From the IMG/VR virus record IMGVR_UViG_3300037785_000039, positions 1 through 25,116 of that record: DNA of 25,116 bases; one strand, written 5' to 3'. The notes below the pieces were generated by a model that saw nothing but the letters and a program-made list of their open reading frames with translations, was not told the origin of the DNA and did not search any database. Below, one piece after another: positions 25,041 to 25,116 of the stretch. The position numbers were made by a program, and so were the translations under genes. This stretch comes from a virus. Taxonomy: Duplodnaviria; Caudoviricetes. Numbering within the stretch: the first letter of the stretch is position 1; every line of letters starts with the position of its first letter.

Positions 25041-25116
25041 TCAGAAGGGGATATCTTGATCCGCTTCCTGACGAGCTGCGGACTGCTCGTGCTCATCCGG
25101 CGCGGCCTTCACCTCG
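25041..25116 (-). CDS. 3' end of a gene truncated by the window, probably a single-stranded DNA-binding protein
   Basis: Manual translation gives ...EVKAAPDEHEQSAARQEADQDIPF-TGA. The acidic tail ending in DIPF resembles the bacterial SSB C-terminus, and the gene lies in the replication module. Confidence 0.55.
   Translation of the reverse strand, partial: EVKAAPDEHEQSAARQEADQDIPF

Noticed and set aside
1-25116. tRNA/rRNA genes, integrase or stop-codon reassignment
   Set aside because: None was recognised. Intergenic gaps are short, and genes end normally with TAA, TAG and TGA at coupled junctions.

Overview
A GC-rich fragment of a tailed dsDNA phage genome, probably a podovirus of a Gram-negative host (it has a lipoprotein spanin pair). 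Positions 28-17504 (+) form a tightly coupled virion module: small basic proteins, head-tail adaptors, two fibre/adhesin sets, an embedded lysis cassette, a tail hub/nozzle-like protein and large internal/ejection-like proteins. Positions 17498-25116 (-) form a convergent replication module: the 3' end of a probable SSB, an AEP-type primase, a UvrD-like SF1 helicase, a double-HTH protein and a family A DNA polymerase. The main observation is in the polymerase, which carries two inteins (19603-20460 and 18361-19323). Neither has an in-frame endonuclease. Instead, each hides a complete HNH-type endonuclease gene in the +1 frame on the same strand, while the intein frame stays open as low-complexity filler. 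At least one of these nested genes has its own Shine-Dalgarno and start codon. Product names come from motifs recognised by eye; no database search was run.
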